A stretch of DNA of 64,000 nucleotides from Laetmonice hystrix. Its lineage: Eukaryota. The DNA lies in contig OZ249436.1 in assembly GCA_965235115.1 (NCBI GenBank), forward strand, positions 27,902,001-27,966,000. Reading direction: 5' to 3'. This document shows positions 1-11,990 of the stretch, piece after piece. The first letter of the stretch is position 1; each line of letters starts with the position of its first letter. The notes under the pieces are model-generated. The model saw nothing but the letters and a program-made list of their open reading frames with translations. It had not been told where the DNA came from and ran no database searches. A program made the position numbers and the translations under genes.

Positions 1-194
1 TTTTCTTTATCATTTACTGTTATAGGAAACCTAAGATGCATGGACATTACTGCCATATCATGGTGATAATTTTTAAAATGGAAAAAGGCAAGAACGACAG
101 AAACAAAGACCCAATTCCGAGGGTAAACCATGGTATCTTCTCCCCAATTGTTTCAAATCTGTTGATAGTGTATAATTGTTTTTTTTTTCTCTAG

Positions 195-730
195 TGCCGA
201 CGACTACACGACAGGCTACATGCCAAGCAATGCCATGGTCAGTTTCGACGGGATTGTATTCTGGTCGCCGCCCGCCCGACTTCGCAGCTCCTGCAAGGTG
301 GACATCACATTCTTCCCGTTCGATGAACAACACTGCACCATGAAGTTTGGCTCGTGGACGTACGACCAGGCCCAGGTGGATATCATCAACAGGTCGGCGG
401 AAGTAGACATGTCTAACTACATCACCAACGGCGAGTGGGCTCTGGTCCGCTCGAAAATCGTGCGCAACGAAGTGATTTACCCGATCGGGGACGCCATCTA
501 TCCGGACGTTACCATCACCTTCATCATCCACAGGAGGATTTTATACTACATTCTCAATATTTTGTGCCCATGCATCTGGCTCAATATCCTGAGTCTGCTG
601 GCCTTCTGTCTGCCACCAGACGCGGGAGAGAAGATCACGCTTGGAATCACCGTGCTCTTGTCGTACTCGGTGTTCATGCTGCTAGTCGCTGAGAACATGC
701 CGCCCACCTCCGAGTTCGTGCCTCTCATAG
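195..730 (+). CDS. Nicotinic acetylcholine receptor-family (Cys-loop LGIC) subunit, internal coding exon (C-terminal part of ligand-binding domain, M1, M2); alpha7/alpha9/10-like but non-alpha in loop C
   Basis: Polypyrimidine tract + AG acceptor at 193-194 and GTGAGC donor at 731. Translation (S)ADDYTTGYMPSNAMV..., Cys-loop CKVDITFFPFDEQHC (292-336), loop B KFGSWTYD, M1 YYILNILCPCIWLNILSLLAFCLPP, M2 [23 protein letters not shown], M2-M3 loop MPPTSEFVPLIG. Upstream exons lie outside the window. Confidence 0.96.
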
Positions 731-883
731 GTGAGCACCCCAACCTCAAGTCTCTCATCATATCACGTCATAGTTAAAGAAAAACGCCCCTTTCACATTA
801 TTGTATAGAGAGCTGCGTTCATATTCGCCGCCATTTTGCCGCGCGGCATCGCGTCACCAGAGCGACGTGGTTACCGTGTTTAA

Positions 884-1452
884 AGTGGTACCCCAAATTC
901 CTTACTTACCTTTGAATCCCAGTGACACCATGTTAAAATTTCAGGTTCGAGCGATGAGCGAAAGTATTTTTAAAAATGGAATGAGAAAATATGCATCCGC
1001 TGTCCTCCAGGGGTCCGTTCCACTAAGCCCGAAAGACCTCTTTGAAATGGTCGCTGAGCCCAAAGAGGTCTTTGCGGCGACGGCTGTTCCACTAAGATCC
1101 TATTCTTTAACATTGGCGCCGCAAAGACGTCTTTCCAAAGACGTCTTTGCCAAAGACGTCTTTCGTTAGTGGAACGGACCCCTGGCAGGGGTCCGTTCCA
1201 CTAACGAAAGACGTCTTTGCTTCCACGCCGATTCCCTTGCCATATTTGGACATAATCTATGATCTATAAATAGATTACCGCTAGCATCCAGCCCGCGCTG
1301 GCTTCAGAAAATAGCGGACGGACCGAACGGTAACTCGGGGCCCTAACATAACTCCATTTTTCAAATATTTTCGCTTCTCACTCGAACCTGAAATTTTAAC
1401 ATGGTCTCACTGGGGTTCAAAGGTAGGTATTTGAAGAATTTGGGATGTCACT
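884..1452. mobile_element. Non-autonomous TIR DNA transposon (MITE), Kolobok-like
   Basis: ~100-bp imperfect terminal inverted repeats (884-980 vs 1353-1452, core CCATGTTAAAATTTCAGGTTCGAG). Flanked by TTAA on both sides (880-883, 1453-1456), with termini AG...CT. TTAA TSD with RR termini fits Kolobok rather than piggyBac. Confidence 0.7.
1007..1220. mobile_element. Small MITE nested in the Kolobok-like element, plus an abutting truncated second copy
   Basis: Perfect 20-bp TIR CCAGGGGTCCGTTCCACTAA (1007-1026) / TTAGTGGAACGGACCCCTGG (1166-1185), with internal AAAGACGTCTTT palindromes. A new CAGGGGTCCGTTCCACTAACGAAAGACGTCTTTGC starts at 1186. Confidence 0.75.
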
Positions 1453-1465
1453 TTAAGCCTTTGGT

Positions 1466-1643
1466 AAAGGTCTTGATCCACTTGGATTATTTTTACTGCT
1501 TGATTTAAAGGATGGAAACGTTAATTTCAAAGATGGAAGCCATTTTCGGAATCGGGGTTAGTGTGTTGTAAAGATTGTCTTGCTGGTTTTCATCCTTGGC
1601 AGGGAAATGGAAAGGAAAATCGATTAAGTGGATCACGGTCTTT
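1466..1643. mobile_element. Degenerate MITE, probably PIF/Harbinger-like, related to the element at 48436-48663
   Basis: Imperfect TIR AAAGGTCTTGATCCACTT / AAGTGGATCACGGTCTTT. Internal AAAGATGGAAGCCATTTTCGGAATCGG resembles AAGGATGGAACCCACTTTCTGAAACGG in the 48.5-kb element. Confidence 0.45.
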
Positions 1644-4600
1644 CGTTATTTACAATGGCGAAGGGAGCGGCAGAATTGCACGGACTAGCATAATTCTCAT
1701 CCTAAACTTTATTTAATATTATAACGGCCGATAGATTTTTAGAACATTTATCATATATTTTTGGGTTATATTTCTTACCATTACCACCTACCTCAAAAAT
1801 GACAACTACTTACTTATATTAACCATCAGAACTTTTTTTAAGAACATTTTTTCGGCCTTAAAGGCTGCTATACATTAAACATCCGATTAACCGATCTCAC
1901 AGTAAATGACCCAGGTTATGGATCACTCTATAAGACGAAGAAGTTGATTCTATGGCGAAGAAATTGCATCTCCGTCCCTTTTAGTGGATACGTCTGCAAA
2001 ATGTACGCTGAACTCTAAATTCATTTATCTCAAGGCTGTAAACGCTATAGTGGGGTCGATAGTATCGGCCTTCAAAAGAATACTTCCAAAGTGGGTGGGC
2101 GTAATGCTGACTCGGGAGTTTTAACCCGAGTAGATGGGGTCTCCCACTTAAGACGTTGCCTAATTGCCTCGCCTAATTTCCAGCTATAGCAGGGGGTCAG
2201 TGCTGGTAATGGTGTACACCCAGGAGCGACTTCTGCGTCCATGTTCCCATCATGTGTAATGACTATCATACAACAAGTTAATACTAAATGACACGTTGCA
2301 ACTGATTTGTGAATGGCACGTTGCAATTGATTACTAAATGGCATATTGCAGTTAAATCTTTGGAGGCTTTTATGAAGCATAGCGTATATGAGAGCAAGAA
2401 ATGCCTTGCTTTGGTGGTGAGATTTTTGCGCATCAATTAATCAGCTAGATAGCATGATATTACGCAGCCTTCACACCAGAATGTAGAAACGATAATTGCG
2501 TCTGGGCCTAATCAGCAGATTTAGGCCTCCAGAAACATTTACTTGGCTAGAATCGAGAGAGATCTGAGTGGTAGATCGACCTTGTCGTAACACACACGAT
2601 TCACACCGTACGGTTAATGATCAGCAGTCGTCTCGTAAAGCGAGAAGATCGAAGAAGTTCGCTACCAATCTCAGGCGGCAATCGCCTGATGGTCTTTACG
2701 TGGCTTTTTGAACGAAGTGGAAGTCAAGAATTGTGGCTGCTCTTTTCTCTCATCTCGAGATGTCATGTAACTCGTTTATATCGGTGAAGAGCAACATGGA
2801 CACCGAGTAATTCGGCATCAGTAAAAAAAATCCCTGGGTTCGGACGGGTGGCGCATGCATTTTGGCAAGATTTCTGTAACGTTCTCGAAGGAGCAAAATG
2901 TTGGAAGGAAGGCGATTCTGACCATTATGTTGGCAAGTACAGCCATCCGGTGCTTCCACATATTGCTCCTTTGGAGACTCTTTGTTTTTTATTTGTTTTG
3001 TTTGAGAAGTGCATAGAGGTCTATCGCATGCCTGAATAGAGTATTCATAGAAGTAAGTAACTTTACACACTGTTGTGTTAGCTATACTGACGATTACGCT
3101 GTGTTACTCTCGCTAAATCACTAACAGATTATTGCTCACATGCGTTATAAATAATGCACATAGAAGTTAGAAGTGTATACATGGTATGTCATTGCACAAC
3201 AACATGGACGCATTAATGGAATTCAAGATTGCCATCGTCATGACCCTTCAAAATACGAAACAGATACGATTGCCCCCTTCCTAGATTATGTGGTGTTGTT
3301 CCGCGGCTCGGCATTATTGGCACTATTAGAAAAAATACAACAGGTCTTGGTGTGGAGTGGTTTTTGCTGTAGGTGTTTGTTTCCATGCGGTATTTCGCTT
3401 GTACTTTCAAAAAAGGTAAGCCAAGGGTGTTTTGCTTCACTATTATGGTAGACTTGCAGTTCAGTGTTGATGAAAAGATTTCTAGACTAGTACTGTTACA
3501 GAGCGGCAAGAGACTTTAACATGTGTTCCTAACTGGCGATATACTTATATGAAAATGGAATTGCTGGTATCTATAAGTGTAATGATTTAATGATTCGTTA
3601 TAGTTTTATTCATTTAGACCTGCCAATATCGTCAAACAGGAATAAATGTTAAAATGACTTGCTCTTTTGTATACAAACACGACTTCAGGAGACAAGTACA
3701 GTCACTATGTCAATTATCTGAATAATCTAATATTGTATGCCTATACCGAAACTTGATTAAATACAATTTTTTACAATACAATACAAATACAATGAACTTT
3801 ACAATAGCAAGGGCTACCTATTGATAACGCATTCATATATGACACAAAGAAGTTAAAGGTATTCGTCATATTCATAATAGAGATATCAGAGAAGATGGCA
3901 ATGGTGATGAAATAATACACGATGAGTGCCACGTCGTGGAGATTTGAAGGGCGTGGACAATCGTGATGAAAGCTGGAACAAGTAAAAACATTCAATATTA
4001 TATGTGCAAACACGTTCACGGTGAACAACAACCACCCCACCCCCCAAATGCATACATTTTATAAGTCGTCCTCAAAACCTTGACTGGCATTTTGCTGCCG
4101 CCTTTGACCAGGCAGAAGATGCCAAGCGTTTAGCACGAGCACGTCATTACGCAGTCACTGATCACAGCGTGACGTGGCGTCATACACTTTCTGCCGTCAT
4201 GCGTGTAATGTTTCTCGGAGGCCTGTATTAACGGCGCCAATCGCGTACCACGGCCATTTCGGTGGGGTGTCGTGATTTAATTAGATTCAATACTGTTCGG
4301 TAACCATACTACGCCTCATAATCAAATACCCCCTTCTCTCTCCCGGCTTAGCGTTTACCCGATTAACGCTTGTGTTTGCAGTTGAGGGAAGCGCGTCTAA
4401 AGACATGGTCAGCCAGCCCCGCACGAGCTTTGCAAAGCCTGGAGCTGTTTACAACAGGACATTGCAACGAAAATGAAAACTGGACGGAAACGTTATAATA
4501 ACTTTAGGGTGCAAGCGTTATCATAGTGCTTGTTATGGGAGGCAGTCTGTATTGTAAACAACAGATCGATTAGAAGTGCGTTGAATATCACTTTGGCTTG

Positions 4601-7600
4601 ATACTAAACAGTGCTACAAATTACCATTTTGTCTACGCGGCTTTATTCTTCGGAAAACTTACACGTCATATTTCGCGGCAGTTCGTCCTAGGGATCAAAG
4701 TTGTTGATGCCCCAGACTAGTAGTTTCACGAGTTCACAGCAGGATGGCATCTACTTTACAATGAGCTATATAATTAATCTTGGTAAGCTACTGTAATCGT
4801 AACTTATCAATAAATATCCCAAAGATGCAAATCCTTCGACATGATTATAATATATAAACGCACTTCCGTATTTGTATTCATAATATGAACCCATCACCTT
4901 AAACTTAATGTTAGGTGAGATCAAGAAATGATCAAATCAAAAATTGTGTTATAAGTATCTCCAGAGTAAACGGCCCTTCATCAAACCCTTTCTGTATAGC
5001 TGCAAATCCTTGGGATGATCATCAAATACAAGACCCTAAGATTGCGGCCGTTTGCCTCACTCTGTACATTAAAAGACCATTTTATTTGTCATTAGAAGAG
5101 TATAACGTAGCCAGCATCCGTTATCCACCGTGCATTGCCAAGCGTCAAAGATCGTTTCGTTATGCTATAATAAGATCACTTTCCCGTAATGGGCCCCCTT
5201 TGCGCAAATGTTGCTATGTGTCTGACGAGGTGCAAGCAGTGCGCTGCGATAACTACGCTCTTCAAACAACTAATAATTGGCAACTGTGGTGGGGAGGTTT
5301 CGCGTCAGCGCCAAGGCCAAAGTACCTTCTTTGGCCGGTAGAGCCGTTATTTCTCTAATATTGTATAGTCAGTTTTCCAACGAGCGCAGGCGAGGTGTAA
5401 AGGTCTCAGGAACACGGGTTTATAAGGTAGGCCTATACCATATGCTCGGTGCGACCAAACAAAGGCGATTTCTGTTGGATGCATGAAGTCTTGAAAATAA
5501 AACTAATGCACTAAATATGTTCAATGTTTTTAAAACGCCAAAAACTCGCAAAACACTCAAATCAACGCCAAGGAACCGTTTCAATGTTCTGCAACAGCGC
5601 CACGCTGCGCACCACAAAATTAATATGAAGGAGTTGGCTTCTTCAGGAACAAAACACTTGACTATGAGTCACATTAATGTGTTAACTGTGGAACTTTTAT
5701 TAGTTGAACCATAAAGAGTTCCATGACATCCAGATGTTGCATTTTGAGGGCGGTTGTCTCTCAAAATAATATCGTTTTCCGGGTCTTTCTTTTTGATATT
5801 TGCGACCAACCTCGTCGCGGTGGGTGACACGGCCGACCCCCTCATGGTATGTGACACGCCTAATGAGGATAGTGGCCATGACAGATACGCCTATTGGATC
5901 ACGCAAGCCTCACATTTTGTGGCCTGGTCTCCATGATTAGTGTTAACCACTCCCCTACAGCCTCCATTCTCGGCCACCGCTGACGATCGACCCAAGCACT
6001 GGGCCTTCTTCCTGGCTCGACCACCGGTGGCCCGCGAGGTCGGTGACCCCACTTCAGATCACCTCGTACATTGATAACCGGGAGCCTTTAATTTGATCCC
6101 CGCGCCAAGGGGTTGCAAGGGGGGCCTTTTGGAGAAGTTCGCACAACTAATAGCCGGCGATTGGCATTATTGATGTGGGGTATAACCCTAATTGTAAAGA
6201 AATAGCGTCGACGCTGATAAGCTCAAATTCAGATTATATCGATGTATACCTCCTTAATCATATAGTGTAGGCCAGAGTACCAAATTTATGGCGCGGCGCT
6301 GGATTTGCAGATTATATTTAGGGTTAGGGCTAGTTTCTCCATATATGTTGGCGGTGGGGTAGGGCAGCAATAAAATATGAGCTATAGGGTCGTAGAAAAG
6401 GCGGCTGCAGAGCTGCCCATGGATCGATGAAGAGGCAGGGTCACAAACAGGATGTGTAATAAGATTTGATGTAAAAGGCAGCAACTGGGGAAATTGAACG
6501 TTAAGCATACTCTATCAAAAGTCAGGGTTTACGGAATTGTGAAATATATTGGAAGATTCTTCATCTATCTAGTAGTATGCTTCGAGAGGGTCCTATATAG
6601 TGTCCGTCAGCGACCTGCAAGATATAGAAAAAGTTGTCTCCGCCGTGGCTAACTTCCTCCAGCAATGCCCTTGCGCGAGTGTCTATGTCTAATATAGTAT
6701 ATACAGTGGTTCTAAAAATAAGAGCGCCACCATTAATGTGCATTTCAGCGTGCGTGCAAAATATGTTTGTATGTGAACAAAAGCTGCTGTTTGTAAAATC
6801 CGTGCCCTAATCGTCCCTAGAATTTGGTTTATAAACCCTACCCTTACCACTTCTGTAACGTCGCATCGAGACCAGGCACCGAACAATGCCCGGAGGCACA
6901 CAATACGGTTCTCTTCCGCTAGATGGCGCGCCGGGATATACGTTTAATTACAACATTAATACGAGTTGTGGTTTAGAGTCTGTATTATCTTATAGAACAG
7001 TGTTGTTGTACTCAAGGTGATTGTAATGTGCGGACACAAACCGACATAGGGACGGACGCGGATCTGAATGTTGATTTACGATCTGTCGTAGTAATATTAC
7101 TTCTTAGTTTTTGTTCCTGTAGACCTAGTACATTAGTTGGGATTTTTTTAACGCACATTAATGACGCGTTATGACTTCAGAGCCGCTTCTTCTGAAATGA
7201 TAACGCTAATTATATCATCTCTTTATTACTGTGGACAAACGCGGGAGATCTGGCTACATGCTTCCAAATTGTGTGACAGTGTAACTCTATTTTTTGTAAC
7301 AGTTTTTACTCGACTGTGGTATCTAATAACTGTTGTGTTGCATTGAAACATAATACAATGTGTTCGGCTAATCATTACGTTAATTACGCTATCCACAGAT
7401 TGAATGAATTGATTAGAAAAAGATATGTTTTCATTACTGTGCGCGCCCCCTCCCTTCCGTACTACACGCCATTCATAGAAGAACTATTGAATCTTAATTA
7501 GGTTAACAGAGAATTAAGCGAGACTTTTTCGTACTTTGTGAATCATCATTATGTACAATAACTGCACTTTTTACACTCCTAAATTACGTGTCTCATGACT

Positions 7601-7630
7601 GTTTGTTGTTATTTTTTCTCTTCTGACCAG

Positions 7631-8298
7631 GAATCTACCTGACGTTGTCAATGGCTGTGACGTCCATCTCGGTCATTCTGACTGTGTGCGTCCTGAAGCT
7701 CCACCACTGCGGACCCCATCAGACCGAGGTTCCCCGCTGGATGCGCTTCATCATGCTAAAAGTCATGGCACGCATTGTGCGCTGTCAATGCACGCCGCTC
7801 CCGCCGTCACGCAATCGTCGCAACGGAAAGACGAGCAAGAAAGCCAACAAGTTGCCGCACGAGAACGCTGAGATCTGTCTGAGGCTCGTCAACGAGTGCA
7901 ACCTTAACAAGCACAGTCCCGTGGCCGAATTTCGGACTTCGGCAATGTGCAACAACAAAGGACCGCCTGGGGTGCGCATCAACGGGCAAGACGTCGCGTC
8001 GCCGACAGCCGGCCTCGGCAACATGTCAATGGCGGCCGCTCATGACGTCACGACAGACATCAAGAGGCTCACCGTCATGGAGGAAATCCTCAAGTACCTC
8101 AAGATAATGGTGGCTAAACGTGATGACGACGACTCCGAAAACGAGATCGTTAACGAATGGAGGCACGTCGCACAAGTTATGGACCGTTTCCTATTTTGGC
8201 TGTTTCTCTTGACGACAGTCGTGGCAACTATTGTCATGATGGTTATCATTCCGTTGCTAAGGTACCAGGAGCAAGAGAATGCCGACCACGCCGTGTGA
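7631..8298 (+). CDS. Terminal coding exon of the same nAChR-family subunit (M3, cytoplasmic loop, M4, stop)
   Basis: Acceptor TTTTTTCTCTTCTGACCAG ending at 7630. The phase-1 join G|GA gives ...VPLIGIYLTLSMAVTSISVILTVCVLKLHH (M3). MA/M4 region is EWRHVAQVMDRFLFWLFLLTTVVATIVMMVIIPLL; TGA at 8296-8298. Confidence 0.96.
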
Positions 8299-8487
8299 AG
8301 AGGCTGTCAACAGATTCTCGAATCCTTCTCAACCTGCTGAACAAACGTCATCATTTCCACTATTATAGGCCTACTACTGGTGCGGGATGCAGTCTTAGTA
8401 CAAGAAAGTATTATCAATGGAGACCACATAATCCATTTATGAAATGAACTATTTGTAGGTTACTGTCACTGCTGCTTCCTGTTGGTG

Positions 8488-8493
8488 AATAAA
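8488..8493 (+). terminator. Candidate polyadenylation signal (AATAAA) of the receptor gene; alternative ATTAAA at 9642-9647 followed by a T/GT-rich tract
   Basis: First canonical AATAAA seen ~190 nt after the stop codon, followed by GTCGTTGTATTT. Confidence 0.4.
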
Positions 8494-11400
8494 GGCAACG
8501 AAAAGTCGTTGTATTTCCTGACAGTCGTTAGGGAGAGAAAAGGGAGAGAAAAAGGAGAGAGTATGGAAGAAGTCATATCATGCCGGTCTGTGAACAGCAA
8601 CTGAGTACAACCACATACGGACTGCTACTAGACAGCAGAGCCTGTAATTACTAGCAGTGAACCTGCTGTGTCAATCGTTTATTTGCACGTGACGTCATTT
8701 GCGGGACCTCCAGAGAACACCTGCCTGGCAGACCCTTTTTGAACAGTACAAAGAAGAAGGAAGAGGCCCGCATTTTAAAGTGCCCACCAATGAGACCAAT
8801 GCCCTTTTAACACCTTGTACCAAACACAACCTTGTTGCATCATTGTTAAAAGCAACAACAGGGGATGTCTGAGTAATTAGTTTGTCCAGTAGACTTTTTC
8901 TTTAGACTGTGGTGTACACGGCAATATACTGGTATTCGCATCTAAAACACAGTCAGGAATACCTGAAATCGCAGTAGCTCCTGTGGGGGCCTTCTTTCAG
9001 GGTGTTGTATTATTTCTAGTGTGATCAAAGATAGATCCAGGGTGATTTCGACTTTTTACAAACAGAATTTAGTGTTGCTCACCCCCCCCCGGGTTCGGCC
9101 CCATGTTCTAGCACACCCATATTGTAATCACATCTAATCATGTTAGAAACAACTCAGGATCCGCCCCTTCTGAAAATGGTAACACAGATTACCATACTGA
9201 GCTTCCAAAAGTGGAGCAACCAATGGAGGAAGAGGGCTTGATCGAAAATTTCCCGATTTCATAGGAGTAAAATTGCATTCTGTTGTGGTCTAGGATATTG
9301 ACTTTTACGTTCGCCCACTACTCTCAGAGCAGAGGTATTTGTCAGTACTGATTGAACCTGTATTACCTGGTATACTTTCAGATATTCATGTATTTCCTTA
9401 CCGCCCTCATATATAAATACTGTTTGCATACTGAATGTGAATATATTTGGAATCGACTTTGTTGTTTCCTTTTGTCTTTTTGCACACGGGTGGTGTTTTT
9501 GGTATCTTTATTTCTCTCTCAGTGTGTATAATATAAAATCTATGCCGTGATATCAAATATACCGTAGACTAGACGATCCTACATATAATATCCATGGTGT
9601 ACTCTTTACATCCCATGTGTGGTCATCGATAAAAAAATATGATTAAATGTCTTTTATGAAAGTTTGTCGTCTATTTTTTTCTTTCTGACTCGTTTTCTTT
9701 TACCTTTAATGAAATACTCAGAAATGCAAAAATTGAACTGATGTATTGATACACATCATACAGCATGTAGATGATTATACAGAAACTAAAGCCGCAACCA
9801 TTATCCGTCAGCTCAAGCAATATTTATATTTATTATCCGTATAATTTGCCCGATTGTTTTAACCCCCTGTTACTGTACTGCAACATCTCCCTGCAATTAT
9901 GGATAGACTGTTTACTAGAAAAAGTTAACTGCCGTACATTCATCACATTCCATCTTCAGTATGTTATCGGGACGTGAAGATATGAAAAGATCAGTAATAT
10001 TTTATTACTAAGGAACACCATTTTATTATTTATGCCCTTGATTAGCCATCTGCCCTTTTGTTAGGAAAGTATCACATCAGCTCGTTTTGTAACAAAAAGG
10101 AAGCGGGTTTGTGTTTGCACCTGTCGCATGATGCATGGCGCACGTAAACACGGACGCTAACACAGACGGTCGTTTACCTCTCAGTAAATCTACTCAGATT
10201 ATCAATCCCCAACATAATATAACATTCAGTATACTAAACCTAAGATTACAAATAAACATGGCCAGTTTAGTTTCAACAATGAAAAAACAACTTTCTCATC
10301 ATTTTAGCAGAAAGAAGATGAACAAAATGTTTTTGTTGCTGCATACTGCCCCAGTTAATGGCACATTTTTATTTTAAAAGCCGAAAATCGAAATGGTATT
10401 ACGCATTTAAAATCGTTGACAAAATGTGATAATAAAAATTCTGAAGGAATGCAATAATTTCTCTCCACTTGATAATCCCCAGTGGATTAAATTCCTATGG
10501 GAAGATTCCACTCATATACCTACCTCTCCAATTATAGTTCTGTCACATACCTTGTGTACATACATCAGCAAGCCCGCACAGTAAACTGAAAAACTTTCTT
10601 TTTTTTACCTAACTTGATGCGTCCAATCAGATTATCTTGATGGCAAAGAAGGAAAACATACATCAATATAACGTGTTCTCATCACTCTCTCACAGAACCA
10701 TGATTGACAAAAATCATTCCCTTACAGTTACCAGAAGTACACTTTATTTACCACCTCCAGGGCAGCTATATATGCTAAATCCCCGCATGCATGACATTGT
10801 TCTGCAGCCACTCCAACCATTCTGCATAAACCGTGGAGGGAAACCACGCCATCAACAACAGGTGTAACAACACTTGGTATTGGCAAATACAGCCGTAAAC
10901 TATGCAGGTATTAAACAACTTATTGCCATGAAACCACGTTCACTTCATGGCCTTGTTAAATGTCAGTGGGAGAAACGTAGCAGAGCCAGTTTGTAATTGA
11001 TTTCTGCATTCAGCACGCCCACCACCGGGCGCTAAACGACATTCCTCAACAGGGGGCGTAATAGTTCCTCGTCAGAGTGAAGATGGAGCCAGTGGAGCGG
11101 CGAATACAATCATACGACTGGCATTCAACTAACTCCTTACGAGATCGTCGGAGAGAAATATACACTCCACTTTTCTACATTGGAAAGTCATGACATTAAA
11201 GGTTGAGTTTTTTATATGGTAATTCTTAATAGGCCTACTAAAGCCGAATGAGAAAGTGTTAGGCCTTACTTAGATCGAGGAGAATCTCAAGGTTGTTTTT
11301 TTTTTGGTGTCCGGCTTGTCTATGCCTGTGGTGATCTTACTTTTGCAATCCACTACATCCCAATAAAGGCAGCGCTGGCTACTGATTCAATGGCACATCA

Positions 11401-11589
11401 TGAAAGGTTCCATGCATACAGAACGTTTCAAGGACAGAACACTCCGAATAGATGTTAATAAAAAAAACACTTAAGTTACGTCTCAAAAACTAGACCGATC
11501 TCTTTTCTCGGTTTCTGTAAGATCCCCCCCCCCCCCCACCCTCCCCGCCTAAAAGCTCAGAGCGCTTCCCTCAAAAAAAAGACTTCAGA

Positions 11590-11990
11590 GATCATCTTCA
11601 GTGAGATTGCCAGTAAGACAGCGAGCATGTTAATACAGAGATTGGAATTCCCTTCCAAGTGGATGGAAGGTGTTATATGCATGATCTGGCTTGGATCGGG
11701 CCCGAAAAGTCAGCTAGTCTCAATGGCCTTATCTAATTCCCGATCACACCACCAGGTGGCTTCAGTTTGTTCAATGCCAGCTCGCAGACACGATTAGAAT
11801 CAGCATTTCATCAGTTCCGCGTGTCCTCATTAGATATTTGTGAGTCTTCCATACCAGACAGCAGCAGCGGCTACTTAAAGCCTAATGATGACACAGTGTG
11901 CCGTGTTATCTTGGGAATGCTATATTACAGCCCTAAGCAATGTGAGGATGCGAGTCCGCAGGCTAGACACGTTGAGCCAGTTTAGAAAGT
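11590..11990 (-). mobile_element. Highly decayed non-LTR retrotransposon fragment (CRE-like, region C-terminal to RT)
   Basis: Across shifting minus frames, in order: LSKLAQ..SHPHIA, LSSR, KYLMRT, DREL..PLRL..PDP, LTGNLT. These match the remembered CRE-type consensus L..A..QP.AAY..GL..RW.Y.MRT...ERELL.LP.RLGG.G..DP...IT..L. Confidence 0.45.

Larger units (their letters stand above)
731..7630 (+). other. 6.9-kb GT-AG intron of the nAChR-family gene
   Basis: GT at 731, AG at 7629-7630; reading frame and conserved PLIG/IY junction are restored on splicing. Confidence 0.9.

Noticed and set aside
73..531. 152-aa minus-strand ORF and other antisense ORFs over the receptor exons
   Set aside because: Shadow ORFs of a GC3-rich coding exon.
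731..777. C-terminal tail EHPNLKSLIISRHS of ORF 220..777
   Set aside because: Read-through into the intron past the GT donor at 731.
2855..3058. Hydrophobic signal-peptide-like frame followed by GTAAGT in the intron
   Set aside because: In-frame stop before the donor and no recognisable homology.
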